Shown here: positions 49,262 through 60,668 of the stretch, piece after piece
Layout of the letters: every line of letters begins with the position of its first letter
How positions within the stretch are numbered: position 1 is the stretch's first letter
DNA from: an uncultured Pelagibacteraceae bacterium
GTDB lineage: Bacteria; Pseudomonadota; Alphaproteobacteria; Pelagibacterales; Pelagibacteraceae
Length of the DNA: 64,000 nt
Reading direction: 5' to 3'
NCBI GenBank assembly: GCA_902599955.1
Contig: CACKHK010000002.1
Span: 26,595 to 90,594 of the forward strand
Program-made: the position numbers and the translations under genes
Notes under the pieces: generated by a model
Database searches by the model: none
Seen by the model: the letters and a program-made list of their open reading frames with translations, nothing else
What the model was told of the DNA's origin: nothing

Positions 49262-50346
49262 TTTTAAAACAGTATGAAAATTATTTAACAAAACTTTTTC
49301 TTAAAAATATTTGTATCATACTGATGGTGTTTATTTTTTTAAGTTTTTTTTTAAATATTTTTGAAGAAATAAAGTATTTTGAAGATAAAGAAAATGAACT
49401 TTATTACCCTATTATATTAACAATTTTAAATATTCCTTCTGTTATTTTTGAGATACTTCCGTTTATATATTTGTTAGGAGTAATGTTTTTTTTTATAAAT
49501 CTTTATGAAAATGAAGAAATAGAGCTGCTTAGAAGTAATGGAGTTGGTAATATTAGAATAACTTTGATAATTTCTGTAGTCTCAATTTTAACAGGGATAA
49601 TGATTATAATTGCCTACTATTCATTTTCAGCAAATTTAAAAAGTTTATATTTGAATATGAAATATAAATATTCAGATGCTGGGGACCATTTAGCAGTAGT
49701 TAATCAAGATGGCTTATGGATTAAAGAAAAAAGTGATGATGGAAAAAAAATTTATTTTGTAAATGCTAAAAAATATAAAATAAGCAATTTAGAAAACTTA
49801 GAAATAATAGAGTTAGATGAAAATTATAAATTAATAAATACAATTATTTCCAAGAGAGCGAATATTCATAATAAAAATTGGATCTTAAATGATGTAAAAA
49901 TTTATTCAGAAAAAAAAATGACAGAAAGTTATAAAAAATTTCAATACAATTCATCATTTAATAGTGAAATTATCTCAAACTTATACTCTAATCTAAATTC
50001 ATTAAATATTTTTCAATTGATTGAACTAAAAGAAAATTATAAATCAATTGGCTATTCGGCGACGGAAGTCAAACTTCACCTTAATAAAATATACAGCACA
50101 CCATTTTATTTAACACTTACAACTATTATTGGAGCGTTGTTAATGTTTAAGTTAAACTTTATTAAATCGAGATTTTTCCTTGTAGTTATAGGTGTAATTG
50201 TTTCAGTAATATTTTATTATATTAATTATTTTTCTATCTTATTTGGTAAAAATGAAACTTTACCTGTAGAATTATCTGTATGGTTTCCACAGGTTCTTAT
50301 ATTTCTAATATGTTCTCTAGGATTAATTAAATTAAATGAAAATTAA
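49258..50346 (+). CDS. lptG: LPS export permease LptG
   Basis: Second YjgP/Q paralogue, GLWIKE motif. Confidence 0.85.
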   Translation: MILKQYENYLTKLFLKNICIILMVFIFLSFFLNIFEEIKYFEDKENELYYPIILTILNIPSVIFEILPFIYLLGVMFFFINLYENEEIELLRSNGVGNIRITLIISVVSILTGIMIIIAYYSFSANLKSLYLNMKYKYSDAGDHLAVVNQDGLWIKEKSDDGKKIYFVNAKKYKISNLENLEIIELDENYKLINTIISKRANIHNKNWILNDVKIYSEKKMTESYKKFQYNSSFNSEIISNLYSNLNSLNIFQLIELKENYKSIGYSATEVKLHLNKIYSTPFYLTLTTIIGALLMFKLNFIKSRFFLVVIGVIVSVIFYYINYFSILFGKNETLPVELSVWFPQVLIFLICSLGLIKLNEN

Positions 50347-52729
50347 GTCTTTATTATATTATATTTTATTTTTCTTAGTTTTAATCAATTCATATTTGAA
50401 AGCGGATACTATTTTTTTTGATTCAAAAAATATTAAAATAGAAAATGAAGGCAATATGATTTTTGCAACTAAGGGAAAAGCAAATATTCCTTCTCAAAAT
50501 ATAATAATAGAAGGTGATAAATTTATTTATAATAAAGAGCTATCCGAATTGATTGTAATTGATGATGTAAAATATTTTGATAATGAAAATAAAATTTTTA
50601 TTGAAAGTCAAAAAATAATTTACAATGACATTAAGAATACATTACTTTCAAAAAGCCAAACATATATTGTAAGTGATGATACATATAAAATTAATTCATC
50701 TGATATTTTATATGATAGAAATATCAATAAAATATCGAGCAATGAATTAACAACAATATTAGATGAAAATAAAAATAAATTTATTTTTAATAAAGGTTTA
50801 AATTTTGAAACACACAAAGAGATAATTTCTTCCAAAGAAATCATTATTACTGACAAAAATTTAAATAATTATTTTTTTGAAAATTCAAAAATTAATTTAA
50901 AAATTAATGAAATAATTGGGAAAGAAATATTTGTAGAATTTGAAGACTCATTCTTTGGAAATAAAAAAAATGATCCTTTATTAAAAGGAAGAGGTGTTAC
51001 TTCTAATGACAGTAAAACAAAAATTTTTAAAACTGTATTCAGTACTTGTAGTAAAGAGAATAAAAACTGCAGAGGTTGGGAAATGCAAAGCGAAATTTTT
51101 ACTCATGATAAATTAAGGAAGTTATTCATTTATGAAAATTCATGGTTTAAAGTTTTTGATAAAAAAGTAGCTTTTATTCCTTATTTTAATCACCCTGATC
51201 CATCAGTAAAAAGGAAATCAGGGTTTTTAACACCTTTTTACAAAGGTTCAGGTAATTTGGGATCATCTTTTAGTATTCCTTATTTTTATAATTTGTCGAA
51301 TTCAAAAGATCTCACTTTTAAACCAAGAATTTATATTGAAAATGATTTAATTTTTCACACAGAATACAGAGAGGCTTTTAAAAATTCAAATTTGATAACA
51401 GACTTTAGTTTTAATAGGAAAGACAGTAACAGCAGTTCTCATATATTTGCAAACTTAAGTGGTAAATTTAGTGAAGATACAAATTTTGATTTAAAATTGC
51501 AAAATGTAAATAATGATAATTATCTTAAAATTCATGACATTAAAAGTTATACACCAATTATTGATAGCGACAGTGTATTAAATTCTCATTTTGAAATTGA
51601 TAAAGATATTGACAAAAATACAAATCTAAGAACAAAAGTAAGACTTTATGAAGATTTATCAAAAAATAGTAGCGATAAATATCAGTATATTTTTCCTGAT
51701 TTTGATTTTAATAAGGAAATAGAATTAGATAACAGCTATAACGGTCAATTTAAATTTTCTTCCTCTGGTTTTCAAAAAGTTTATAACACAAATATTTATG
51801 AAACTTTAATCAATAATGATTTTAATTTTGAGTCTTATGATTTTATTTCATCAAAAGGAATAGTAACAGATTACGGTTTTTTTTTAAAAAATTTTAATAC
51901 ATACTCAGAAAATTCTACTGTGTATGAAGAAAAAAATGATCATGAAATTTTTGGTACTTTTTTGCTTAAATCAGAACTTCCACTAAAGAAAAATTTAAAT
52001 GATAAAAATAATTTTTTAAAACCTATAGCTCAATTAAGATTCAGCCCAACAAATGGAAAAAATATTTCTTCTTCAGATACAAGATTAGACTACGGAAGTA
52101 TTTTTTCACCAAATCGAATTGGTAGATCGGATATGGTTGAAAAGGGAAAATCTTTAACATTGGGATTAGAATTTGAAAAACAAAATTTGACGAATGAAAA
52201 GATACTTGGATTTAATATCGGTAATGTATTTAAAGATAAGAAGAATGAAACATTGCCCAGCAAATCAAAATTGGACCAAACTAGATCAGATATAGTTGGA
52301 GATTTTTTTTATAAAATAGATGAAAACTTTGAAGTAAATTACAATTTTTCATATGACAGAGATTTAAAATTTTCCAATTATGATGCTATTACAGCTAAAT
52401 TAGGTTCAAATAAAATAGTGACCACTTTCGATTACATTACAGAAAACCATGAACTAGGTAATTCAGAATTATTAAAAAATAATACAGAAGTTAAATTTTC
52501 AAATGAGCACTCGTTAAAATTTGACACAACTAAAGATCTTAAGGATGATTTTACACAATTCTACAAATTGGCTTACAAATATGAAACAGATTGTTTGTCT
52601 GCCTCTTTTGAATATGAAAAAAAATTCTTTAGAGATGGAAGTCTAGTACCAGATGAAAGCTTATATTTTTTAATAAAATTTATTCCATTTGCAGAATTAC
52701 GCGGCTCAGCAAATACAATTTTTGAGTAA
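50336..52729 (+). CDS. lptD: LPS assembly protein LptD
   Basis: FSTC, PYFNHPDP..KRKSGFL.P, Y..DC motifs. Confidence 0.88.
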   Translation: MKIKSLLYYILFFLVLINSYLKADTIFFDSKNIKIENEGNMIFATKGKANIPSQNIIIEGDKFIYNKELSELIVIDDVKYFDNENKIFIESQKIIYNDIKNTLLSKSQTYIVSDDTYKINSSDILYDRNINKISSNELTTILDENKNKFIFNKGLNFETHKEIISSKEIIITDKNLNNYFFENSKINLKINEIIGKEIFVEFEDSFFGNKKNDPLLKGRGVTSNDSKTKIFKTVFSTCSKENKNCRGWEMQSEIFTHDKLRKLFIYENSWFKVFDKKVAFIPYFNHPDPSVKRKSGFLTPFYKGSGNLGSSFSIPYFYNLSNSKDLTFKPRIYIENDLIFHTEYREAFKNSNLITDFSFNRKDSNSSSHIFANLSGKFSEDTNFDLKLQNVNNDNYLKIHDIKSYTPIIDSDSVLNSHFEIDKDIDKNTNLRTKVRLYEDLSKNSSDKYQYIFPDFDFNKEIELDNSYNGQFKFSSSGFQKVYNTNIYETLINNDFNFESYDFISSKGIVTDYGFFLKNFNTYSENSTVYEEKNDHEIFGTFLLKSELPLKKNLNDKNNFLKPIAQLRFSPTNGKNISSSDTRLDYGSIFSPNRIGRSDMVEKGKSLTLGLEFEKQNLTNEKILGFNIGNVFKDKKNETLPSKSKLDQTRSDIVGDFFYKIDENFEVNYNFSYDRDLKFSNYDAITAKLGSNKIVTTFDYITENHELGNSELLKNNTEVKFSNEHSLKFDTTKDLKDDFTQFYKLAYKYETDCLSASFEYEKKFFRDGSLVPDESLYFLIKFIPFAELRGSANTIFE

Positions 52730-52731
52730 TA

Positions 52732-53664
52732 ATGAAAATAGTCAAGTTATTTTTTGTAATTATATTTTTTTTTAATTTCAATAATCAAGTTTTTGGAGAC
52801 TTAATAGAAATAAAAGTCAATATTGGTGATGAAATAATCACTAGTTTAGATATTGAGAATGAAAAAAGGTATTTATTTTTTTTAAATCCAAAATTACAAG
52901 AGCTTCAAGAGTCCAAAATACAAAACATTGCGGAAGAGTCCCTCATTACAGAGATAATAAAAAAAAAAGAATTAGAAAAGTATTTTGATTTTTCTAAAAA
53001 TAGAAAAATAATTGAAATAGTAGAAAAAAATTTATTGCGAAAAAAAAATATAAAAAATAAACAGGATTTTATTCAAATATTAAAAAATCTTGATTTAGAT
53101 TATGAAATAGTGAAGCAAAAATTTTTTATTGAAGCATTATGGAATCAGTTGGTTTATGAAAAATATTCATCAAATGTTGTTATTAACAAAAACGAATTAA
53201 AAATTAAGATACAAGAACAAATTAGAAAAGAAAAGAAAAAGTTTTCCTACAATTTGTCAGAAATATTTTTTGAAAATAGCTTAGAAGAAAATTTAGATAA
53301 AAAAATTTTAAAAATTAATGAAAGCATTAAAAATATTGGATTTGAAAATACAGCAAGTATTTATAGTACTTCCAATACATCAAATAGAGGTGGTTTGATT
53401 GGTTGGATTAATGAATTACAAATATCGAGTAAAATCATAAATGAAATTAGTAAATTAGATATTAATGGAATTACTAAACCCTTAAAACTTCAGAAGGGTT
53501 ACATTTTGATTAAATTAAATGACAAAAAAGAAATTAAACAAAAAATAAGCTTAGAAGAACAATTAAAAAAACTTATTAATAGTGAAACAAATAGACAATT
53601 GAATAGTTTTTCAAATATATTTTATAAAAGATTAAAAAAAAATATAGAAATAAATGAATTCTAA
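52732..53664 (+). CDS. surA: SurA-like chaperone/PPIase
   Basis: EIITSLDI, F..TA..YS...GGLIGW motifs; synteny with lptD and pdxA. Confidence 0.75.
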   Translation: MKIVKLFFVIIFFFNFNNQVFGDLIEIKVNIGDEIITSLDIENEKRYLFFLNPKLQELQESKIQNIAEESLITEIIKKKELEKYFDFSKNRKIIEIVEKNLLRKKNIKNKQDFIQILKNLDLDYEIVKQKFFIEALWNQLVYEKYSSNVVINKNELKIKIQEQIRKEKKKFSYNLSEIFFENSLEENLDKKILKINESIKNIGFENTASIYSTSNTSNRGGLIGWINELQISSKIINEISKLDINGITKPLKLQKGYILIKLNDKKEIKQKISLEEQLKKLINSETNRQLNSFSNIFYKRLKKNIEINEF

Positions 53665-54619
53665 AATTATTCTTATAGTGCTTGGAGAACCCAATTCGAC
53701 TTTCTCTGAAATTTTATTGAAATATTTTAAAAATAAAAAATTTAGAGAAATAAAAAAAAAAATTGTTTTAATTGGAAGTTACGAATTATTTAAGAAACAG
53801 ATGAAATATCTAAATTATAAGATGCGAATAAATAAAATAACAAATATAAATGACTCATTAAGAGGAAGAATTAATATTTTAAATATAAATTATAAATTTA
53901 AAAAACCTTTTTCTAATATTTCAAATTTTTCAAATAGATATATAGAGGATTGCTTTAGCCGTAGTTTAAAATTAATTAAGAATAATAGAATACATGCACT
54001 AATTAATGGTCCAATTTCAAAGAAGCATTTCCTAAAAAAAAAGTTTCCAGGTATAACAGAATATATTGCTTTCAAGACAGGTTCAAAAAAACCTGTAATG
54101 TTAATATTTAATAAAAATTTATCTGTTAATCCTCTTACAACACACATACCAATAAAAAAGGTCAGTAATTTAATAAAAAAAAACAAAATAATAAACAATG
54201 TTACACAAATAAATGAATTTTATAAAAAAAGATTAAAAAAAACACCAAAGTTTGCAGTTCTTGGCTTAAACCCACATTGTGAAAGCACAGATGCTATTAG
54301 TGAAGAAAAAAAAGAAATTATTCCAGCAGTTAAATATTTAAAAAAAAAGAGAGTTAATGTTGAAGGTCCAATATCAGCAGATACTTTTTTCTTAGAAAAA
54401 AATATTAAAAAATTTGATGTTGTAGTTGGAATGTATCATGACCAAGTCCTAACTCCTGCAAAAACGTTATTCAAATTTAATGCAATAAATGTGACAATTG
54501 GATTACCTTTTGTAAAAATAACGCCTGATCACGGACCTAATTTTGAAATGATAGGTAAAAATAAGTCTGATCCAGCATCAATTTTTTATGCTTTTGATTT
54601 TTTAAACAAAATTAGATGA
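53654..54619 (+). CDS. pdxA: 4-hydroxythreonine-4-phosphate dehydrogenase
   Basis: TTHIP, GLNPH, MYHDQ, PDHG motifs. Confidence 0.92.
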   Translation: MNSKIILIVLGEPNSTFSEILLKYFKNKKFREIKKKIVLIGSYELFKKQMKYLNYKMRINKITNINDSLRGRINILNINYKFKKPFSNISNFSNRYIEDCFSRSLKLIKNNRIHALINGPISKKHFLKKKFPGITEYIAFKTGSKKPVMLIFNKNLSVNPLTTHIPIKKVSNLIKKNKIINNVTQINEFYKKRLKKTPKFAVLGLNPHCESTDAISEEKKEIIPAVKYLKKKRVNVEGPISADTFFLEKNIKKFDVVVGMYHDQVLTPAKTLFKFNAINVTIGLPFVKITPDHGPNFEMIGKNKSDPASIFYAFDFLNKIR

Positions 54620-55407
54620 GTTTTTTTGCTAAAAGAAGCTTAGGTCAGAACTTTCTGAATGACGAAAACATTATAAATTTAATTTCTGAAACAGGTGACG
54701 TTAACAATAAGGATGTTGTAATTGAGGTTGGTCCGGGTACTGGAAAACTAACTGAAAAAATTTTAGAGAAGAACCCAAAAGATTTAATAGTAATTGAAAA
54801 AGACAAGAGACTTGTAGAATACTTAAATAAAAAATTTGGAAATAAAATAAAAATTGTTAATGATGATATGATGGAATTTTCATATGAAGATTTTTATAAT
54901 AAAAAATTGATAATTTTTGGAAATTTACCTTACAATATATCAACTCAAATATTAACAAAATGGATCAAAATTGAAAATCTAGATAGTTTTTGTAAAAAAT
55001 TTGTACTTATGTTTCAAAAAGAAGTTGCAGATAGAATAATTGCTAAAACAAATACTAAAAACTATGGAAGACTCTCAATAATATCTAATTGGAAAATGGA
55101 AATAGAAAAAATTGCAGATATAGAACCGTCATGTTTTAAACCAGCACCGAAAGTGAAAAGCACATTGCTGGTTTTTACACCAAAAAAAAAAATTTATAAT
55201 TTAAAAGATCCAAAAAATTTAGAGCATATTACAAATATTTTTTTTAGCCAAAAACGTAAGATGATTAAAAAACCCTTAAAGTTTTTATTTAAAGATTTTC
55301 AAAATATCTCAAAAAAATTAAGTTTAGATCTAAATCTTAGACCTCAAAATTTAAATAATTTCACCTATTATAAAATTTGTGAAATATACGAAAATCTATT
55401 GGATTAA
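54616..55407 (+). CDS. rsmA: 16S rRNA dimethyltransferase
   Basis: LGQNFL, EVGPGTG, NLPYNI, MFQKEVA motifs. Confidence 0.95.
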   Translation: MSFFAKRSLGQNFLNDENIINLISETGDVNNKDVVIEVGPGTGKLTEKILEKNPKDLIVIEKDKRLVEYLNKKFGNKIKIVNDDMMEFSYEDFYNKKLIIFGNLPYNISTQILTKWIKIENLDSFCKKFVLMFQKEVADRIIAKTNTKNYGRLSIISNWKMEIEKIADIEPSCFKPAPKVKSTLLVFTPKKKIYNLKDPKNLEHITNIFFSQKRKMIKKPLKFLFKDFQNISKKLSLDLNLRPQNLNNFTYYKICEIYENLLD

Positions 55408-56031
55408 TCTTTTAATATGGTTTCTTATATTTTTTTTATTGTAGTCTAGATTAACACTAGATTTTTTTCTTTTATTAATAAAATTAATTATTTCCTTATA
55501 ACAGAGTTCAACTTTATCATTAATAACTGTAAAATCATAATCTTTCCAATGCATCACATCTGCTTTAAATTGTTTCATTCTTTCAGATGCAATTTTTTTA
55601 TCTTTTTGATCTCTTTTTAGCAATCTATTAAATAACTCTTTTTTTGATGGTGGAAGAATAAATATAGTTATTATCTTGTATTTAAGTTTCTTACTTATTA
55701 TTTGACGAGTTCCTTGCCAATCTATATCAAAAATTACGTTTTCACCCTTATTTAACTTTTCTATAACAGTTTCTCTTAAAGAACCGTAATAATTTTTAAA
55801 GACTTTGGCATGTTCTAAAAACTTTTTCTTTTTAATTAAAAGCTTAAATTTTTTATTATCTATAAAATAATAGTCTCTACCGTTTTTTTCGTTTAACCTT
55901 GGTTTGCGTGTAGTGTGTGAAATTGAAATTTTAAAATTTTTTCTTAATGAAATCTTTTTTACTAAAGTTGTTTTTCCAGCGCCAGAAGGTGAGGATAGAA
56001 TTACTATCACCCCATCTTTTTTATCGGCCAT
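55396..56031 (-). CDS. gmk: Guanylate kinase
   Basis: [23 protein letters not shown] motifs. Confidence 0.96.
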   Translation of the reverse strand: MADKKDGVIVILSSPSGAGKTTLVKKISLRKNFKISISHTTRKPRLNEKNGRDYYFIDNKKFKLLIKKKKFLEHAKVFKNYYGSLRETVIEKLNKGENVIFDIDWQGTRQIISKKLKYKIITIFILPPSKKELFNRLLKRDQKDKKIASERMKQFKADVMHWKDYDFTVINDKVELCYKEIINFINKRKKSSVNLDYNKKNIRNHIKRLIQ

Positions 56032-56043
56032 TTAAGTAAAAAA

Positions 56044-56283
56044 TTAGTTAGCTTTGTTCTCAATAAATTTAACTGCGTCTCCAACAGTCAAAATTTTTTC
56101 AGCATCACTATCAGATATTTCAGATCCAAATTCTTCTTCAAAAGCCATAACTAGCTCGACTGTATCTAAACTATCTGCTCCAAGATCGTCTATAAAGCTT
56201 GATTCTTCGTTTACTTTTGCTTCGTCAATTCCTAAGTGATCTGCAACAATTTTTTTTACTTTACTTGAAATATCATCTGACAT
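56044..56283 (-). CDS. acpP: Acyl carrier protein
   Basis: [14 protein letters not shown] motif; start moved to ATG 56283. Confidence 0.97.
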   Translation of the reverse strand: MSDDISSKVKKIVADHLGIDEAKVNEESSFIDDLGADSLDTVELVMAFEEEFGSEISDSDAEKILTVGDAVKFIENKAN

Positions 56284-56329
56284 TTTGTTCCTTATAATTA
56301 TTTTGTTAATAAATATTTTATCTATTTTG

Positions 56330-57067
56330 TCAACTAAAATACATGCCTCCATTAACATGTAAAGTTTCTCCCGTTATATAATCCGATAAATTTGAACTCA
56401 AAAAAACGACTGAATTAGCTACATCCTCTGGAGTGCCAAATTTATTAAGCGATATTCTTGATTTCATCATATCTGTGTGCTCTTGACTAATTTTAGCCGT
56501 CATATCTGAGATTATAAAACCAGGTGATATACTGTTTATTGTAATATTTTTTTTTCCATATTCGAGAGCAAGACTTTTAGACATTGCAATTATTCCAGCT
56601 TTTGATGCGGCATAATTAGCTTGACCAATATTGCCTGTATGCCCAACTACAGAGGTAATATTTATAACTTTTCCACTTTTTGATTTTAACATTTTTTTAA
56701 TAACATTTTTTGTAATCAGAAATGTTGAGGTAAGATTTAAATCAATTACTTTTTTCCATTCTTCCTCTCTCATCCTTATAGATAAATTGTCTTGAGTAAC
56801 TCCAGCATTGTTGATCAATACATCAATTTTATTTGACAAAATTTTATTACATTCTTCAACAAATTGCTCAATTTTTGGATGATCATTTATATCAAATTTT
56901 AAAATATTTAGGTCATGATATTTATCTTTAAGTGTTTTAAGTTTTTGCTCATTTGTACCTGTTGCTAGAATTTTCGCACCTGCAGAAATTAATTTATCAA
57001 CTATAGAATTACCTATTATACCTGTGGCTCCAGTTAAGATTATATTCAAATTTTTTAGGTCAATCAT
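56330..57067 (-). CDS. fabG: 3-oxoacyl-ACP reductase
   Basis: [23 protein letters not shown] motifs. Confidence 0.93.
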   Translation of the reverse strand: MIDLKNLNIILTGATGIIGNSIVDKLISAGAKILATGTNEQKLKTLKDKYHDLNILKFDINDHPKIEQFVEECNKILSNKIDVLINNAGVTQDNLSIRMREEEWKKVIDLNLTSTFLITKNVIKKMLKSKSGKVINITSVVGHTGNIGQANYAASKAGIIAMSKSLALEYGKKNITINSISPGFIISDMTAKISQEHTDMMKSRISLNKFGTPEDVANSVVFLSSNLSDYITGETLHVNGGMYFS

Positions 57068-57993
57068 TTATTTGTAAGATTATCAAGATCATTCATATTG
57101 TTTACTTGAAATAATTCAACATTTTTATCGATTCTTTTTACAAGTCCAGATAATACTTTGCCTGGACCTATTTCAATAAATTTTTTATTTCCTAATTTAA
57201 TCATATTTATTATACTTTCTCTCCATCTTACCGGTTTTTCTATCTGATTTATCAAAAGTTTCCTAATATTATCAGGATCATTTGAAGGTTCTGCTGTTAC
57301 ATTTGAAACTATCATATTATTTGGAATATAAAATTTAGTTTGATTTAATTCATTACTCATAATGTCAGTTGCAGGTTTCATTAAAGGACAATGAAATGGT
57401 GCAGAGACAGGTAATTTAATATTTTTGATATTTAATTTTTTTAAATCAATTATAAATTGATCAATATCTTTTATTTTACCACTGACAACTACTTGGCCAT
57501 TGGAGTTATCATTGGCCAAAAAACAATTATATTTATCACTATTATTTTTAATTATTTCTTCAATTTTTTTTATTTCTTCGCCCAAAACTGCAACCATGCC
57601 ACCTTCATTTTTAGGAACTGCATTTTGCATTGCATTTCCTCTGATTTTAAGAAGGTTTACCGTTTCTTTAAAATTGATTACACCTGCACATGATAACGCT
57701 GAATATTCTCCCAAAGAATGTCCAGCAAAAAAATTTGCTTTGTCTATATCAAATTTGGTTTCTTTTTTTATTACATTAAATATTGAATAACTTACCAGGA
57801 ATATTGCTGGTTGTGTATTTTCAGTTTGATCTAAAGTTTCTTTTGGACCTTCAAAAATTATATTACTTATAGACAAATTTAATATGTCGTTAGCTTCATT
57901 AAAAATATCTTTAACGTAATCAAAATTATCATATAATTCTTTTGCCATACCAACCGATTGAGAACCTTGTCCTGGAAATAAAACAGAAAACAT
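57064..57993 (-). CDS. fabD: Malonyl-CoA:ACP transacylase
   Basis: FPGQGSQ, GHSLGE, VSAPFH motifs. Confidence 0.96.
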   Translation of the reverse strand: MFSVLFPGQGSQSVGMAKELYDNFDYVKDIFNEANDILNLSISNIIFEGPKETLDQTENTQPAIFLVSYSIFNVIKKETKFDIDKANFFAGHSLGEYSALSCAGVINFKETVNLLKIRGNAMQNAVPKNEGGMVAVLGEEIKKIEEIIKNNSDKYNCFLANDNSNGQVVVSGKIKDIDQFIIDLKKLNIKNIKLPVSAPFHCPLMKPATDIMSNELNQTKFYIPNNMIVSNVTAEPSNDPDNIRKLLINQIEKPVRWRESIINMIKLGNKKFIEIGPGKVLSGLVKRIDKNVELFQVNNMNDLDNLTNK

Positions 57994-58078
57994 AGAAAAA
58001 ATTAAGCAAAAATCCTATTTTTTATATTGTAATTAAAAAATTATAATAGTATATCCTCTGTTTTTTGAAAGATTTATT

Positions 58079-58423
58079 ATGAACTTATACGAGCATACTA
58101 TTATAGCAAGACAAGATGTTAGTCCTACACAATTAAAGCAGATACAAGATAAATACTCTAATATTGTCGAGAAGTTTGAAGGCAATGTAGTAAAACTAGA
58201 AAATTGGGGATTAATGAATTTATCATACTTGATCAAAAAGAATAAGAAGGGCAATTATATTCATTTCAAAATAAAAGCTAATGGAAAAACAATATCTGAA
58301 TTAGAAAAAAATGAAAAAATAGATAAAAATTTGTTAAGATATTTGACTGTTAAAGTAAAAAAATTTGATTTAGATACAGATTACTTTAAAAAAAATGAAG
58401 ATAAAGATCCTTCCTCAAGCTAA
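58079..58423 (+). CDS. rpsF: 30S ribosomal protein S6
   Basis: LYEH...RQD, WG...LSY.IKK motifs. Confidence 0.93.
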   Translation: MNLYEHTIIARQDVSPTQLKQIQDKYSNIVEKFEGNVVKLENWGLMNLSYLIKKNKKGNYIHFKIKANGKTISELEKNEKIDKNLLRYLTVKVKKFDLDTDYFKKNEDKDPSSS

Positions 58424-58430
58424 ATAATTT

Positions 58431-58700
58431 ATGAAAAAAAGAAATAATAAAAAAAAAACTAAACAAAGTAACTTTGCAAAACTTAGTATTTTTCAAAATC
58501 AAAAATATAAATTTAAAAAAAAATGTCCTTTGTCTGGAAAAGGAGCTCCTGCAGTTGACTATAAAAACATAAAGCTTTTAAAAAGATATATATCTGAAAA
58601 TGGTAAAATTTTACCTTCAAGGATAACCTCTGTAAGTCAGAAAAAGCAAAGAGAATTATCTTTATCGATTAAAAGAGCTCGAAACTTGGCATTGTTATAA
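58431..58700 (+). CDS. rpsR: 30S ribosomal protein S18
   Basis: [20 protein letters not shown] motifs. Confidence 0.95.
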   Translation: MKKRNNKKKTKQSNFAKLSIFQNQKYKFKKKCPLSGKGAPAVDYKNIKLLKRYISENGKILPSRITSVSQKKQRELSLSIKRARNLALL

Positions 58701-58701
58701 T

Positions 58702-59160
58702 ATGAAAGTTATATTATTAGAAAACGTTAGAAAAGTAGGATCAATTGGAGAAATAATTGATGTAAAAAGAGGTTTTGCTAGAAACTTCCTTATATCGAAG
58801 AATAAAGCTCTATTCGCATCTAAAGAAAATATAAAAGAAGTAGAAAAAATTAAACAAGAATTGGGAAAAAAAGACCAAGATAGAAAAAAAGAAGCAAAAA
58901 TAATTTTCGATAAAATAAAAGATAAGACTTACACAATTAAAAAATTAAGCACTGAAAACAATGAATTATACGGATCCGTTAAACCTACTGAAATTTCAAA
59001 AGTTTTACAAGAAACAGAGCAAGTTAAAATAAATCCTTCTTTAATACAACCTTCGAAGGAAATTAAATCAATAGGCGATTTTAATGTTACAATTAATTTA
59101 CATTCTGAGGTTCAAACACAGATTGTAATTAAAACAGTGGCACAAGAAGAAATAAAATAA
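58702..59160 (+). CDS. rplI: 50S ribosomal protein L9
   Basis: MKVILLE, VKRGFARNFL, LYGSV motifs. Confidence 0.95.
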   Translation: MKVILLENVRKVGSIGEIIDVKRGFARNFLISKNKALFASKENIKEVEKIKQELGKKDQDRKKEAKIIFDKIKDKTYTIKKLSTENNELYGSVKPTEISKVLQETEQVKINPSLIQPSKEIKSIGDFNVTINLHSEVQTQIVIKTVAQEEIK

Positions 59161-59227
59161 TTATACATTTTTTTCCCCAAATAGATTAAACAATTGTATT
59201 TTCTTATCTAATGTATAAATTTGATAA

Positions 59228-60643
59228 GTGTCTCAATCATTAAACTTAATTAAAAATAAAATTGAAGAATTACCAAACAATATAGAAGCAGAACAGTCAG
59301 TTATAGGCTCTATACTACTCTCAAATGAGATATTTGATGAAATTAGCTTATTAATTAGTAGTAAAAATTTTTACGATCCAATGCACCAAAAAATTTTTAA
59401 TGCTATTGAAAGTTTAATTTATAAAGGAATGTTAGCAAATCCGATCACATTGAAAAATCATTTCGAAAATGAAAAAGATGAATTAGATATTCCAGAATAT
59501 CTTGTTAAAATCACTAAATTTTCAACATCTATGAGGCAAAGCATTGAATACTCAAAGTTAATTTATGATTTGTATGTAAAAAGGGAATTAATAAAAATTT
59601 CAGATAACATAATTGATACAGCAAAATTAAATGATTTAGATAATGACGGTCAACAAATTATTCAAAATTTTGAAAAATCACTATTTGATTTAGCTGAAAA
59701 AGGATCATTTAATTCATCTATTATAAAATTTGATGATGCGATGCGTCAAACTATAGAGATGGCATCAAATGCTTATAAAAATGAAGAGGGAATTGTTGGA
59801 GTTCCCACAGGGTTAAAAGATTTAGACGATAGATTAGGTGGAATGCATAAGTCAGATTTAATAATTATTGCTGGAAGACCCTCAATGGGAAAAACTGCTT
59901 TAGCAACTAATATAGCATTTTATGCTGCAAAAAATATTCAAGATAAAGGAGAAAAATCTTGTATAGCTTTTTTTTCATTAGAAATGTCTTCAGAGCAGTT
60001 ATCAACAAGAATTCTCGCAGAGCAATCAAGAATAAAATCGAATGATATAAGAAGAGGTAAAATTTCGGAGGAACAATTTGATAAATTTATAGAGACCTCA
60101 AAAAATATTGCGGATCTTCCATTATATATTGATGAAACGCCAGCAATTTCAATCGCAGCTCTAAGCAATAGAGCAAGAAGAATTAAAAGAATACATGGTT
60201 TAGACATGATTGTTATTGACTATATTCAATTAATGAAGGGAACTAGTTTTAAAGATGGACGTGTGCAAGAAATCTCTGAAATAACTCAAGGACTTAAAGC
60301 TCTGGCCAAAGAACTATCAGTTCCAGTATTGGCTCTCTCACAGCTCTCAAGAGCAGTTGAACAAAGAGATGATAAAAAACCATTACTTTCTGATTTACGT
60401 GAATCTGGCTCGATTGAGCAAGATGCAGATGTAGTAATGTTTGTATTTAGAGAGTCTTATTACTTGAAAAATAAAGAGCCAAGACCTGCAACCGTTGAAC
60501 ACGCAGAGTGGCAAGCAAAAATGAATGAAATTTCTCATTTGGCAGAACTTCTTATACTTAAGCAAAGACACGGCCCTACAGGTACAATAATGCTTGAATT
60601 TGAAGAAATGTTTACAAAATTTAAGGATATTCAAAATAATTAA
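59228..60643 (+). CDS. dnaB: Replicative DNA helicase
   Basis: AGRPSMGKT, IDYIQL, SDLRESGSIEQDAD motifs; GTG start; no intein. Confidence 0.97.
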   Translation: MSQSLNLIKNKIEELPNNIEAEQSVIGSILLSNEIFDEISLLISSKNFYDPMHQKIFNAIESLIYKGMLANPITLKNHFENEKDELDIPEYLVKITKFSTSMRQSIEYSKLIYDLYVKRELIKISDNIIDTAKLNDLDNDGQQIIQNFEKSLFDLAEKGSFNSSIIKFDDAMRQTIEMASNAYKNEEGIVGVPTGLKDLDDRLGGMHKSDLIIIAGRPSMGKTALATNIAFYAAKNIQDKGEKSCIAFFSLEMSSEQLSTRILAEQSRIKSNDIRRGKISEEQFDKFIETSKNIADLPLYIDETPAISIAALSNRARRIKRIHGLDMIVIDYIQLMKGTSFKDGRVQEISEITQGLKALAKELSVPVLALSQLSRAVEQRDDKKPLLSDLRESGSIEQDADVVMFVFRESYYLKNKEPRPATVEHAEWQAKMNEISHLAELLILKQRHGPTGTIMLEFEEMFTKFKDIQNN

Positions 60644-60668
60644 TATAAATTATAAAAGCTAATATCAA

